From a virus (lineage: Duplodnaviria; Caudoviricetes): a stretch of 64,000 bases of DNA. The stretch lies in IMG/VR virus record IMGVR_UViG_3300006846_000001, positions 37,314 to 101,313 of that record. One strand, given 5' to 3'. The notes under the pieces are model-generated. The model was not told the origin of the DNA, ran no database searches, and worked only from the letters and a program-made list of their open reading frames with translations. Shown here piece after piece: positions 17,179 to 25,714 of the stretch. A program made the translations under genes and the position numbers. The stretch's first letter is position 1; the number at the start of each line of letters is the position of its first letter.

Positions 17179-17969
17179 CGCAGGGCCTCAGCGGCGCCGG
17201 GGATGCCGGCGGTGGCGGCGAGCTCGGCGACGCCGGCGTCGATGCTGGCGACCTCACGCCAGCCGTGGGCGCGGTCGCGTGTCCACTGGCGGGCGGGCCA
17301 CGCTCCCGTTCCGACGCGGAAGCCGCGGGGCCAGCCGTAGCAGGGGGGCAGCGGCGCGCGGTGCGCGCCGAGGACGCAGAGGAGGTCCTCGTGGGACCAG
17401 CCGGCGATGGGCGAGATCCTGTCGAAGCCGGCGCGGTCGCGGTAGCGGCCGCCGCCGGTGTGGTTCCCATCGGCGGTGCGGCGCCCGAGGACCAGAGCGT
17501 CGATGCCGGCCTGTCGGGCGTAGGCGCGTTGGCCGGTGTGCTGAACGAGGCGGAACCACCGGGCCGCCGTCTTGGCGTCTGCGGGGAAGAGCATGTCGGG
17601 GTTGCGGGCCAGCCACGCCAGGTCGAGGGGCCGGGCCTCCACGGTGCAGCCCCATGGCATGTGGTCGGTGGCCCAGGTGAGGAAGGCGGGGTACTCCAGC
17701 TCGGAGATGACCAGGACGCACTCGGTGATGCCGGCCGCCTCACAGACGATGCGTAGGCCCTGGGAGTCCTTGCCGCCCGACCAGCCGTAGGCGACGTGGT
17801 AGCCCTCCGTCGCCTGGCGCAACCAGGCGACGGCGGCCTCCACGAGGCGGCGGGCCCGGGGGACGTCGGGGTGCTGGTAGGCGTCGCGGACGGCGCCTAC
17901 CCAGTCGGCCTGGGTGGAGCGTTGCTTCTGGGGGATCACGTGGCGCGGGTCTTGGGGGCGGGGCGCCAC
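17163..17969 (-). CDS. PAPS-reductase-like PP-loop protein
   Basis: GWSGGKDS PP-loop, LGRRTADG, SPIAGWS. Confidence 0.8.
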   Translation of the reverse strand: MAPRPQDPRHVIPQKQRSTQADWVGAVRDAYQHPDVPRARRLVEAAVAWLRQATEGYHVAYGWSGGKDSQGLRIVCEAAGITECVLVISELEYPAFLTWATDHMPWGCTVEARPLDLAWLARNPDMLFPADAKTAARWFRLVQHTGQRAYARQAGIDALVLGRRTADGNHTGGGRYRDRAGFDRISPIAGWSHEDLLCVLGAHRAPLPPCYGWPRGFRVGTGAWPARQWTRDRAHGWREVASIDAGVAELAATAGIPGAAEALRCAAS

Positions 17970-18484
17970 GCCTGCCCGAAGCCCTCGGGGCTGGAGCCAC
18001 GCTCCAGCATGTTGCCGCGCTGGAGGAGGCGCTTCACCTCCTCGGCGTCCATGCCCAGCCGGCGGCGGACCTCGTCAGTGTCCATGCCCGACTCGACGAG
18101 GGTGGCCACGATGTCGGCCATCTTCACGACGTGGTGGGTGCCACGGGCTCGGTTGTGGCGCACGGTGGAGAGGCGCCGCTCGGCCTCGTCCTTGTCGATG
18201 GGGACGATGGGCACGTACCCCTCGGTGAGCTTCCACACGTCGGGGTCATCCGAGGTCAGCCACCGGTGGTAGCCGTCGACGACCTCGAAGTGATCGGCGA
18301 TGGTGTCGTGGGGGCCGGCCACGATGGGCTGCGTCCACCCGTCCTCGAGGATGCTGGTTCGGAGGAGCTTCAACTCGGGGGGTGCCACGTGGTTGGGATT
18401 CCAGGCGTTGGCGTGGAGGCGCTCACGCTCGACCCACATGACGTTGCTGATGGGCTGGAGGGGGCGGCCGATGGGGGCGGTCAC
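17936..18484 (-). CDS. ibrB: ParB/Srx-like protein, IbrB/YbdM family
   Basis: LHANAWNPNHVAPPELKLLRTSILEDGWTQPIV, VVDGYHR, STVRHNRARGTH. Confidence 0.8.
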   Translation of the reverse strand: MTAPIGRPLQPISNVMWVERERLHANAWNPNHVAPPELKLLRTSILEDGWTQPIVAGPHDTIADHFEVVDGYHRWLTSDDPDVWKLTEGYVPIVPIDKDEAERRLSTVRHNRARGTHHVVKMADIVATLVESGMDTDEVRRRLGMDAEEVKRLLQRGNMLERGSSPEGFGQAWRPAPKTRAT

Positions 18485-19716
18485 TCGATGTCTCCGTTCG
18501 CGCGGGACGCCTCGACGTCCTCCCGGTAGGCGGCCCAGCCGGCGGGGGTGTTGAGGTGGGGCTGGGCTTGCATGATCTCGTTGCGGTCTTTGAGGTCACC
18601 GCGCAGAGCGATGGTCGCCACCCACTCCCAGGAGACGCCGGTGTAGGGGTGGCGGGCCTTGCCGGGAATGGGGTCGGTCGTCTTGGAGTAGTGGTTGCGG
18701 ATGATGCGACGGCACTTGTGGGCGACGAAGCGGCGCACGGCCGGCTCGGTGTGGTCCTCCACGAGGGTCCGCACGAAGGTCTGCCACGTCATGCCGTCGG
18801 GCTTGGAGGGCGCGTCGCCGTAGGCGAACAACTCCGTCCGCGAGTAGCGGGCCCCGCAGGCTGCGCCGGGGACCCGGTACACCATCCGTGACCACAGGTC
18901 CGGGAAGCACGCGGCCCACTGGTCGAGGTCCCGGGCGGGCTGCTCACCGAAGGGCGGCGCTATGCGCTGCTGGGAGGGGGAGAAGCCGTGCATGGATAGG
19001 AGGTCGTAGCTGCGGTTGTAGTCCCATCCGAGGGTGGCCGGCGCCGTCCACACGTCGGCCGCCGTCCAGTCGTAGACGGGATACACCTTGTAGTAGGCGG
19101 GGTTGTCGCTGGGCATCACGAAGTTGTCGGGGCGCTTGTTCGACACGGCCTTGCGGCGGATGATGGACTCGTCGGCCCGGATGCCCATGAGGGCGCAGCT
19201 CGTCCCGTACCGGTCGTGCGGTGACACCAGGTGCGTCATCGTGTCGGGGATGGACATGCGAGCGTCGGGCGGCTCGACGGGGAAGCCGTCGAGCTCGGTG
19301 ATGGCCTCCGGGGGCAGGGGCCACACCCACCGGTCGCGGGCCTCCGGTGCCCATGGCCACCAGTGCGGCTCATCCATGGAGCAGGCGTTGCGGTGCTTCA
19401 CCGGGAGGCAGAACCACTCCAGCCCGACCTCAGGCAGCTCGGCCACGCGGCGGGTGTACTCGATCGTCAGGTCGCTGATGCACTCCTCGTCGAAGAACAC
19501 GACGCGCAGGGGCAGGCGGTCCAACTCGGCGGCCACGGCGAGGGCCACGTTCAGGACGGCGGTGGAGTCCTTGCCCCCGGAGAAGCTGACGAAGACGTGG
19601 TCGAAGCGGGTGTAGGCGTAGCGGGTCCGTTCGAGGGCCGCCTCCCATACGGATTGCCCGGTGCGCTCGCGGCCCCACCAGCCCGTCGCCTCGGGGACGG
19701 CGGGAGTGGCCGTCAT
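18481..19716 (-). CDS. ibrA: PAPS-reductase-family protein, IbrA/YbdN (DUF3440) type
   Basis: V.EAALER, SFSGGKDS, FFDEE, CLP...RNACS, GIRADES..R, YPVYDW...DVW, YN..YD, QRIAPPFG. Confidence 0.82.
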   Translation of the reverse strand: MTATPAVPEATGWWGRERTGQSVWEAALERTRYAYTRFDHVFVSFSGGKDSTAVLNVALAVAAELDRLPLRVVFFDEECISDLTIEYTRRVAELPEVGLEWFCLPVKHRNACSMDEPHWWPWAPEARDRWVWPLPPEAITELDGFPVEPPDARMSIPDTMTHLVSPHDRYGTSCALMGIRADESIIRRKAVSNKRPDNFVMPSDNPAYYKVYPVYDWTAADVWTAPATLGWDYNRSYDLLSMHGFSPSQQRIAPPFGEQPARDLDQWAACFPDLWSRMVYRVPGAACGARYSRTELFAYGDAPSKPDGMTWQTFVRTLVEDHTEPAVRRFVAHKCRRIIRNHYSKTTDPIPGKARHPYTGVSWEWVATIALRGDLKDRNEIMQAQPHLNTPAGWAAYREDVEASRANGDIE

Positions 19717-20432
19717 GCCGTGAGGCCGCGGAGGATCTCGAGGAGCGTCTCGACGAGGGTGTCCTTGTTCCGGGCCCCGGCCTGCTGGCGCAGGATGAGG
19801 ATGGCCTCGTCGCGTTGGGCCTGCGTCATGGCCAGCCGGAAGTCCACGACGTCGGTTCCGGTGCGGGCCGTGTCCCGGGCCGGCGCAGCGTCACCATCGA
19901 CGGGGGGCAGGTCCTCCAGGTCGGCGAGGAAGCCGGCTTCCTGGTCGCCGAGGATGCCAGCCTCCTGGATGAGGGCCCGATACTCCTCATCGTCAAAGCC
20001 GGCGCCCAGGGCGAAGCCGGCGACGTCCTGCTCGTAGCGGGCGAGCATCTGGGCCAGCTCGTCGGGCTTCCAGCCGCCCCGCTCGGGGGAGCGGTTGGAG
20101 ACGATCAGGTACTTGTCGGCCTGCTCGTCGCTATCACTGGCCCAGCCGTGCACGACGGGCATCGTCCACCGGCCGTCCTTGTCGACCACGATGCCCTCGG
20201 GGGGGTCGCCACCGGCCGCCTCTTGGCGGATGAGGGACTCGAGGCGGCCGTGCCCCACGACGAGGCGGCCGGTGCGCTGATCCAGGAGGCTGGGCTCGAC
20301 GAACCCGAACTCCTGGATCTTGTCGTCGAGGAAGTCGTCGTCGTGGCCCTTGGGGTTGGCGAGGGCGGGCGTCACCTGGTCGAGGCGGTGGTACTCGATC
20401 CAGCGGGGAGGGTTGGGGGCGGTGGCGGCCAT
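19713..20432 (-). CDS. ParB-like N-terminal domain protein
   Basis: NPKGH, IQEFGFVEP, LVVGHGRLE, SNR...GGW: the type usually linked to phage DNA-modification genes. Confidence 0.75.
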   Translation of the reverse strand: MAATAPNPPRWIEYHRLDQVTPALANPKGHDDDFLDDKIQEFGFVEPSLLDQRTGRLVVGHGRLESLIRQEAAGGDPPEGIVVDKDGRWTMPVVHGWASDSDEQADKYLIVSNRSPERGGWKPDELAQMLARYEQDVAGFALGAGFDDEEYRALIQEAGILGDQEAGFLADLEDLPPVDGDAAPARDTARTGTDVVDFRLAMTQAQRDEAILILRQQAGARNKDTLVETLLEILRGLTA

Positions 20433-20442
20433 GCCCGGAATC

Positions 20443-20456
20443 CTAAGCGGTGTAAC
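20443..20456 (-). promoter_or_regulatory. Degenerate palindrome/leaderless promoter of the ParB-IbrAB operon
   Basis: CTAAGCGGTGTAAC at the same 10-nt offset from ATG; -10 TAGGAT. Confidence 0.55.
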
Positions 20457-20471
20457 TGCCCGGAAGCCCGG

Positions 20472-20688
20472 TACGCGCAGCTCCCCCGGGGGAGGCTCTT
20501 CCCACAGATACCCACCCGGGGGCGCTGCTAGTGCGGAGGTCTACTTCACCGACGATCCAGGTTCCGGTGTGCGCCACGACCGGAGACGTCCCCGCGGCGC
20601 GAGGCCAGCCTACGCGCTGGCGCTCCCGCAGCCCGGAGGCCACGGGAGCGCCACCCCGTCCGGTAACGGTCTCGGGCGGGGCTGCGGC
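20472..20688. ncRNA. Candidate structured non-coding RNA/DNA element
   Basis: Intergenic; five hairpins found by eye, three enclosed by a closing stem (see findings). Confidence 0.45.
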
Positions 20689-20689
20689 C

Positions 20690-21097
20690 TCACTCGCCGG
20701 GCAGGGCTACCCGTGCGATGGTGTCGCAGACCAGCTCCGTCATGCGCAGCGCGTCGGGGAGGGTGACGCCCCCATCGGTGCGGTCATTGAGGGCAAGCGC
20801 GATCTTGCGGCGGTGGTGGGGCAGCACGAGGTCGGAGACCTCATCGATGTCATCGAGGCCAGGCATGTGCCCCAGGTCCTTCTCCTGCTCCCGGAGCAGC
20901 TCGACGTACCGGAGGCCGAAGCGGTGCCGGTAGCGGTCCCTCTGGTCCCGTGTCAGGTCCGGGCCCCACGTCCCCAGGGCCATGGCCAGAAGGGCCCGCT
21001 CGTGGCGAGCGAGGCGCCTGAGGCGGCGCATGACGCGCTGCCACACCTCGTCGTCGGCGGGGACGGTGGCACCGTAGGGGCGGGCGGCGGCGCTCAT
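20690..21097 (-). CDS. Hypothetical protein
   Basis: ORF track, ATGA overlap. Confidence 0.55.
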   Translation of the reverse strand: MSAAARPYGATVPADDEVWQRVMRRLRRLARHERALLAMALGTWGPDLTRDQRDRYRHRFGLRYVELLREQEKDLGHMPGLDDIDEVSDLVLPHHRRKIALALNDRTDGGVTLPDALRMTELVCDTIARVALPGE

Positions 21098-21606
21098 CGG
21101 GGGAACCCGGCGAAGGGATCGTCATCGGCGGGGGCGGGCGGGGCGGCCGGGGGTTGCCCGGCCAGCTCGGCGATGAGGTGCTGCGCCCGCACGTCATCGG
21201 CCAGCTTGTCGGTAGCCAGCCAGCAGGAGCCGCCCGAGGCCCGACTCGACTCCAGGTCCACGAACGAGGCGACGAAGCGGACGAGGTCGGCGTCACGCTC
21301 CAGGCGGCGCAGGACGCCCGCCGCGTGCTTGCAGCAGGCCCGGCCGTTGGAGCGGTGGGTGTCGCCGTGATCGTCGACTCGGCCGCCGCCCTGGGGCTGG
21401 CAGCGAGTGAAGACGGGGCGGCCGGCGCCTCGGTGGGCGATGACCGTGACGCGGTACGTCTTGTCCCGCTCAGTGTCTGAGTGGATGAGGCAGTGCCACC
21501 CCTCGGCGTCGTGGCGAAGCCAGGTGTGATGGCCCTCCTCGACGAAGCGAACCTCAGCGTCCACGTTGGTGTCTCCGGTGGCGGGAGTGACGGTGTCGGT
21601 GCTCAT
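21094..21606 (-). CDS. SWIM-zinc-finger-like protein, leaderless cassette gene
   Basis: TYRV...C...CCKH; ATGAGCAC start. Confidence 0.5.
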   Translation of the reverse strand: MSTDTVTPATGDTNVDAEVRFVEEGHHTWLRHDAEGWHCLIHSDTERDKTYRVTVIAHRGAGRPVFTRCQPQGGGRVDDHGDTHRSNGRACCKHAAGVLRRLERDADLVRFVASFVDLESSRASGGSCWLATDKLADDVRAQHLIAELAGQPPAAPPAPADDDPFAGFPR

Positions 21607-21616
21607 GCCTCCGATC

Positions 21617-21630
21617 CTAACCGGGGTTAG
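21617..21630 (-). promoter_or_regulatory. Palindrome variant CTAACCGGGGTTAG
   Basis: -10 TAGGAT, -35-like CTAGAC; 10 nt to ATG. Confidence 0.85.
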
Positions 21631-21656
21631 CGTCGTCGTCTAGTGGGTGGCGCGAT

Positions 21657-21687
21657 GAGGCCCCCGCCCGGGGTGGGCGGGGGCCTC
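21657..21687 (-). terminator. GC hairpin terminator
   Basis: GAGGCCCCCGCCC/GGGCGGGGGCCTC 13-bp stem just after the stop at 21699. Confidence 0.65.
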
Positions 21688-21698
21688 TGGGTTGGGGA

Positions 21699-22610
21699 TC
21701 AGGCCGGGGCCTTCCAGCCCACCTGCTCGGCGAACTTCATGAGCCACTCGTTGAGCTTGCAGGCGGCCTTGTCGCCGTCCTTGCACAGCGGGGCCAGGCC
21801 GGTGAGGAGGGCCCGCACCCCGTCAGCGTCCACGTCGACCCGCTTGGCCTCGGCGGCCACGGCGGCCCGCAGGGCCTTGATGGAGCCGGCGGCGTCCTCG
21901 GGGAGGGCGGCCAGCATGACGGTCCGGCGGACGGGCGAGAGGTTCAGGTCGGTGACCCGGCCCTCCGGTGCCCGGCTCTTGCGGGTGCGCTTGGCGGTGG
22001 TGGGCTGGTCTGCGGTCATGTTGGACGAGTCCACCATGCCGATGGGACCCTGCGCCACGCCCAGGCCCATGGGGTTGGCCGGATCGATGGGAGCGGTGCC
22101 GGGCTTGCGACCCTCCACCTCGGCGGCTTTGTCGGCGGCCTCTGCGGCCTTCTCCGCCTCGATGGCATCGAGGTTGGGGGTAGCGGGCCGGTCGCCCTTC
22201 TCGCCGCCCTCGGTCCACGCCTTGAGGGCGCGGGCCTCGGCGGTGGCCTTGACGACGCGGGGACCGCGCTTGGCCTCGGCCTGGGGCGCCTCAGGGGCGT
22301 CATCAGCCTCGGGGGCGTCGGCCGCCTCGATCTCGTCGACCTCGGCCAGCACATCAGCGGGGATGGGATCGGCCTCAGGGGCCTCCGACTCACCGGTGTC
22401 GGCGATGGTGAGGACGGCCTTGATCCGGCGGGTGGGGGCGCCGCCCGACTTCTTGGCCGGGCACTTGCCGCACTCGACGGTCTGGCCCATGAGGTTGTCG
22501 GCGGTGGGCTTACCCTCGGCCTGCTCGATGTCGATGACGTGCCGGCAGGACAGGCGGACCGTGACGGTGGGGGCGGTGCTGGCGGCGGGGGTGTTGGTGT
22601 CTGTGCTCAT
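21699..22610 (-). CDS. Hypothetical protein with N-terminal Zn ribbon, leaderless cassette gene
   Basis: LSCRH...CGKC; Ala/Glu-rich; ATGAGCAC start. Confidence 0.7.
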   Translation of the reverse strand: MSTDTNTPAASTAPTVTVRLSCRHVIDIEQAEGKPTADNLMGQTVECGKCPAKKSGGAPTRRIKAVLTIADTGESEAPEADPIPADVLAEVDEIEAADAPEADDAPEAPQAEAKRGPRVVKATAEARALKAWTEGGEKGDRPATPNLDAIEAEKAAEAADKAAEVEGRKPGTAPIDPANPMGLGVAQGPIGMVDSSNMTADQPTTAKRTRKSRAPEGRVTDLNLSPVRRTVMLAALPEDAAGSIKALRAAVAAEAKRVDVDADGVRALLTGLAPLCKDGDKAACKLNEWLMKFAEQVGWKAPA

Positions 22611-22620
22611 GCCGATGACA

Positions 22621-22647
22621 CTAACCCGGGTTAGCGGCGTCGGTCAA
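22621..22647 (-). promoter_or_regulatory. Palindrome CTAACCCGGGTTAG with -35 TTGACC
   Basis: TTGACC-N18-TAGTGT-N7-ATG on the minus strand. Confidence 0.9.
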
Positions 22648-25406
22648 GCCGGGACGTCGGATTCCCTGGTCGCGGCCTCGGGTTGTGGCGGTGAGCTGGG
22701 CTTTGGTTTGGATGATCGGCGCCGCTCGGCGAGGGCGGTGATGGCGTCGGAGAGGTCGCCGGCCGTCTTGTACTTGCCGACGTCCTTGAGCTTCCAGCGC
22801 TTCGCCGCGTCGAGTTGGCGGGGACTGGGCTTGCGCTTGCGCCACCCAGCGTCGGAGCTGGTGAGGCGGGTGTCGCCGTGTAGGCGGGCGTAGTCCTCGC
22901 CGACGCCCTGGCACGTCTCGAGGTCCACGTCGCGGATGAGGGTGCGGGCGCCTTGGGTGGGGTGCTGGTCCTGGACGGCCCACGACTCGTCGCTGTTGGG
23001 GTCGAGTTGGACCATGACGAGGCGGGATGCGCCCTGCCTGCCCAGGGGCAGCACGTAGCGGAGGCGGTCGTCGTTGCGGCGGGGGGCCGTGACCCAGGCC
23101 AGGCCGTCGCCGCGGAGGCGCTTGAAGAGGTCGGCGGCCTCGGCGCGGAGGCGGCCGGCGGCGATCTCAGCCTCTTCGTGCTGGGCGACCAGCACGGACA
23201 CGGGCGCCTCGCCGGTCGTGGCGCGGCGGGCCAGCTTGGCCGGGAGGCCGAAGAGGCTGGGCACGGTGATGAGGCTGTTCTCGCGGGAGGCGCCCACCAC
23301 GTCGAGGACGAGGCAGTCGACCTTGTCAGGGTGCTTGCGGGTGCCGCGGCCGATCATCTGGGTGTAGAGGCCCGACGATTTGGTGGGCCGCCCGATGACG
23401 ATGCAGTCAGTGCGGGGCGCGTCGAAGCCCTCCGTCAGGACCATGCAATTGGTGACGACGTCCACCTCGTGGCGCCGGTACCGGTCCAGGAGGTTGCGCC
23501 GCTCGGTGGGCGGCGTCTTGTCCGAGACGCAGCCGGCCCGGAGGCCGACTTGGCGGCAGGCGTCGGCCGTCTGCTCGGCCGTCTCCACAGTGGGAAGGAA
23601 GGCCAGGGTCAGGCGGTGGGGGGCGTACTCGCGGATGGCCTGGGCGATCGTCCAGGGGGCGCCGGCGTCCTGGAGGGCCCGGCCGGTGTCGCCGGCCTGG
23701 TAGTCCCCGCGGCTCACCTTGACCTTGCCCAGGTCGAGGTCATCGAGGATGACGCGCTGGCCTCGCACGTCGGAGAGGTAGCCGGCGCGGATGCCCCACA
23801 GGATGTCGTAGGTGAAGGCGACCTCATCGAAGACGCCGTCGAGGCCCTGCCCGTCACCGCGTTGGGGGGTGGCGGTGGTGCCGTAGAGGATGGGGCCGCC
23901 GGGCTGGCCGACGCCGCACCAGTCAAAGATGCGCCGGTAGCTCGCGGCGGCGGCGTGGTGCGCCTCATCCACGATGACGAGGCCGAAGGGCCGGCCAGCC
24001 GTCGGATCGGGACCGACGCCGGGCTGCCACTCTGGGCACAGGCGGGCGAGGCGGCGGCGGTTGGCGAGGGTCTGCACGGACCCGACGATCACGTCGGCGT
24101 GCACGCCGTTCTCTGGGCCTTTGACGATGCCGAGGCTGGGCACATCGGGCCACGAGTTGAGGATGCTCTTGACGGCCTGGCGGATCAGCTCGTCGCGGTG
24201 GGCGAGGATCAGGGTGCGCAGCCCCAGCCGCTCGGCCAGCGCGCAGAAGATGACCGTGTTGTGGGTGACGACGTACCCGCGGGTGACGAAGAGGCCGTCG
24301 GGGTTGGCGACCTTGATGCAGACCATCTCGGCGTCGCCGGCCGGCTCGATGCCGGTGATGCGACGCTGGGGGTGGTACTTGGTCCGGGGCTTCCAGGCGT
24401 CGGCCTTGCGCTTCCAGCGGAAGGGGCAGATATCCATGGCGATGGAGAGTCGCCAGGCGGTGCCCTGGTGCTGTTCACCGTTGTAGGTCCAGGTGGTGCG
24501 TTTGTACCTGAGGCGGGCTGTGCCGCCGAGGCTACGGACGAGGTGGGCGGTGTCCTGTGCCAGTTGATGGTTGGCGAGCGTGAGCTCGATGTGACCGTCG
24601 CTAGGTCGCACGTGGCCGTCAGCGTCCATGATGCCGCGGAGGAGGTTGAGCCGGTCCGCTGCGGGGGCGAACTTGTAGAGGTCGGGAACAGCCTTGCTCG
24701 TCGCTCGGCTTCCTTCTAGTCCTAGGACGCGGATGGCGGACAGGATGGGGTTGTCGCCACGGCCGGTGGGTCCTCCGATTATCCAGGTCCCGGCTCCGCC
24801 GCCGCAGTCAGCGAGGCGCTTCCATCGGCAGGGCGCTGGTAAGTCGATGGTCTCGACTAGCTCATCCTCGGTGTGCACCAGGACGCGGCCGGGGACGGAG
24901 AGGCCGCCGTCGCCTAGGAGCACGCCTAGGAGGTACGGGTCGAGGGGCAACGTCACGGCGCTGTGCTGGACTGGTGCTACGAGCGGGGTCTCCCAGCGGT
25001 GGCCGGCTCCTTCTCGGAGGCCAACGTCGAGGAGCTGCTGAGTCGTGAGTGTCCGCCATGGGCGGCCACGGAGGCGGTCGTGTTTGGTGCGGACGGCCCA
25101 GAGGTGGTCGGCGTCACAGACGACTTGCTGCCCCTCGGTGAAGTGCACGCGGTAGGCAGGACGGATGCCCTGGGGGAAGACACCTTCAACCGTGGTTGGA
25201 AGGCCGTCGCCGCCGATGACCTGGTCGCCGGGGGTGAGTCTGCCGATCGGGGTCCAGCCGGTAGGGGTGAGGACAGGCTCGTCAGCGGCGAGGGCTTTCC
25301 CGAGGCCGGTGGCGGCTACGCCCAGTAGACGGCGGACGCCCTCGCCGAGTCGGGCATCGACTCGGGCGAGGGCGTCCTGCTGGTAGGGCCTGGGGGTCAG
25401 GCGCAT
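22644..25406 (-). CDS. Superfamily 2 DEAH helicase containing an intein
   Basis: RPYQ, ATGLGK|T, DEAHH, TATP.R, LTEGFD, QMIGRG.R. Confidence 0.92.
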   Translation of the reverse strand: MRLTPRPYQQDALARVDARLGEGVRRLLGVAATGLGKALAADEPVLTPTGWTPIGRLTPGDQVIGGDGLPTTVEGVFPQGIRPAYRVHFTEGQQVVCDADHLWAVRTKHDRLRGRPWRTLTTQQLLDVGLREGAGHRWETPLVAPVQHSAVTLPLDPYLLGVLLGDGGLSVPGRVLVHTEDELVETIDLPAPCRWKRLADCGGGAGTWIIGGPTGRGDNPILSAIRVLGLEGSRATSKAVPDLYKFAPAADRLNLLRGIMDADGHVRPSDGHIELTLANHQLAQDTAHLVRSLGGTARLRYKRTTWTYNGEQHQGTAWRLSIAMDICPFRWKRKADAWKPRTKYHPQRRITGIEPAGDAEMVCIKVANPDGLFVTRGYVVTHNTVIFCALAERLGLRTLILAHRDELIRQAVKSILNSWPDVPSLGIVKGPENGVHADVIVGSVQTLANRRRLARLCPEWQPGVGPDPTAGRPFGLVIVDEAHHAAAASYRRIFDWCGVGQPGGPILYGTTATPQRGDGQGLDGVFDEVAFTYDILWGIRAGYLSDVRGQRVILDDLDLGKVKVSRGDYQAGDTGRALQDAGAPWTIAQAIREYAPHRLTLAFLPTVETAEQTADACRQVGLRAGCVSDKTPPTERRNLLDRYRRHEVDVVTNCMVLTEGFDAPRTDCIVIGRPTKSSGLYTQMIGRGTRKHPDKVDCLVLDVVGASRENSLITVPSLFGLPAKLARRATTGEAPVSVLVAQHEEAEIAAGRLRAEAADLFKRLRGDGLAWVTAPRRNDDRLRYVLPLGRQGASRLVMVQLDPNSDESWAVQDQHPTQGARTLIRDVDLETCQGVGEDYARLHGDTRLTSSDAGWRKRKPSPRQLDAAKRWKLKDVGKYKTAGDLSDAITALAERRRSSKPKPSSPPQPEAATRESDVPA
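24258..25295 (-). mobile_element. Class 3 (Ala1, WCT) intein with LAGLIDADG homing endonuclease
   Basis: Splits Walker A; starts ALAADEPVLTPTGW, ends VVTHN|T; LLGVLLGDG and LLRGIMDADG motifs. Confidence 0.88.
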
Positions 25407-25417
25407 GGCGGGGTCCC

Positions 25418-25690
25418 CTAGCGGGTGACGTCCTGGGGCTGGACGACGCGGATGGCGGTGGACCCATCCGTGAGCTGGTCGGGGAAGATGGTGAACTCGT
25501 CGCCGCGGGTGTCCAGGTTGATGCCGGGGTCCCCGTCATTCCACTCGGCGAGGATGCGGACGGTGAGAGCGGTGCCCTGGTGGGTGTCCTCGACGGTGGC
25601 CAGGACCACGTCCTCACCGAAGTGAACTTGCAGCAGAGCGCCCAGGTGGTAGGGCATGGTGGCGGGGCGGGGAAGGGCAGAGGTGCTCAT
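25418..25690 (-). CDS. Hypothetical protein, leaderless cassette gene
   Basis: ATGAGCAC start 10 nt from an exact palindrome. Confidence 0.7.
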   Translation of the reverse strand: MSTSALPRPATMPYHLGALLQVHFGEDVVLATVEDTHQGTALTVRILAEWNDGDPGINLDTRGDEFTIFPDQLTDGSTAIRVVQPQDVTR

Positions 25691-25700
25691 GCCCCGGATA

Positions 25701-25714
25701 CTAACCCGGGTTAG
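25701..25714 (-). promoter_or_regulatory. Palindrome CTAACCCGGGTTAG
   Basis: Exact copy; -10 TAGTAT. Confidence 0.9.

Noticed and set aside
17163-19716. PAPS reductases as sulfate-assimilation (cysH) auxiliary metabolic genes
   Set aside because: They lack the C-terminal ECGLH motif of CysH, have no cysD/cysN/cysC neighbours and sit with ParB-like genes.
15452-20432. 7-deazaguanine (Dpd/Que) modification cluster
   Set aside because: No recognisable FolE, QueD, QueE or DpdA/TGT, and the PP-loop proteins have SGGKDS without the QueC C-terminal Cys cluster.
17936-20432. ParABS plasmid-prophage partition system
   Set aside because: No ParA ATPase, and the ParB-like proteins are of the IbrB/modification-associated type.
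20592-20688. tRNA gene (cloverleaf-like fold)
   Set aside because: No T-loop GTTCRA, no D-loop consensus, no 7-nt anticodon loop and no CCA end; kept only as an unknown structured element.
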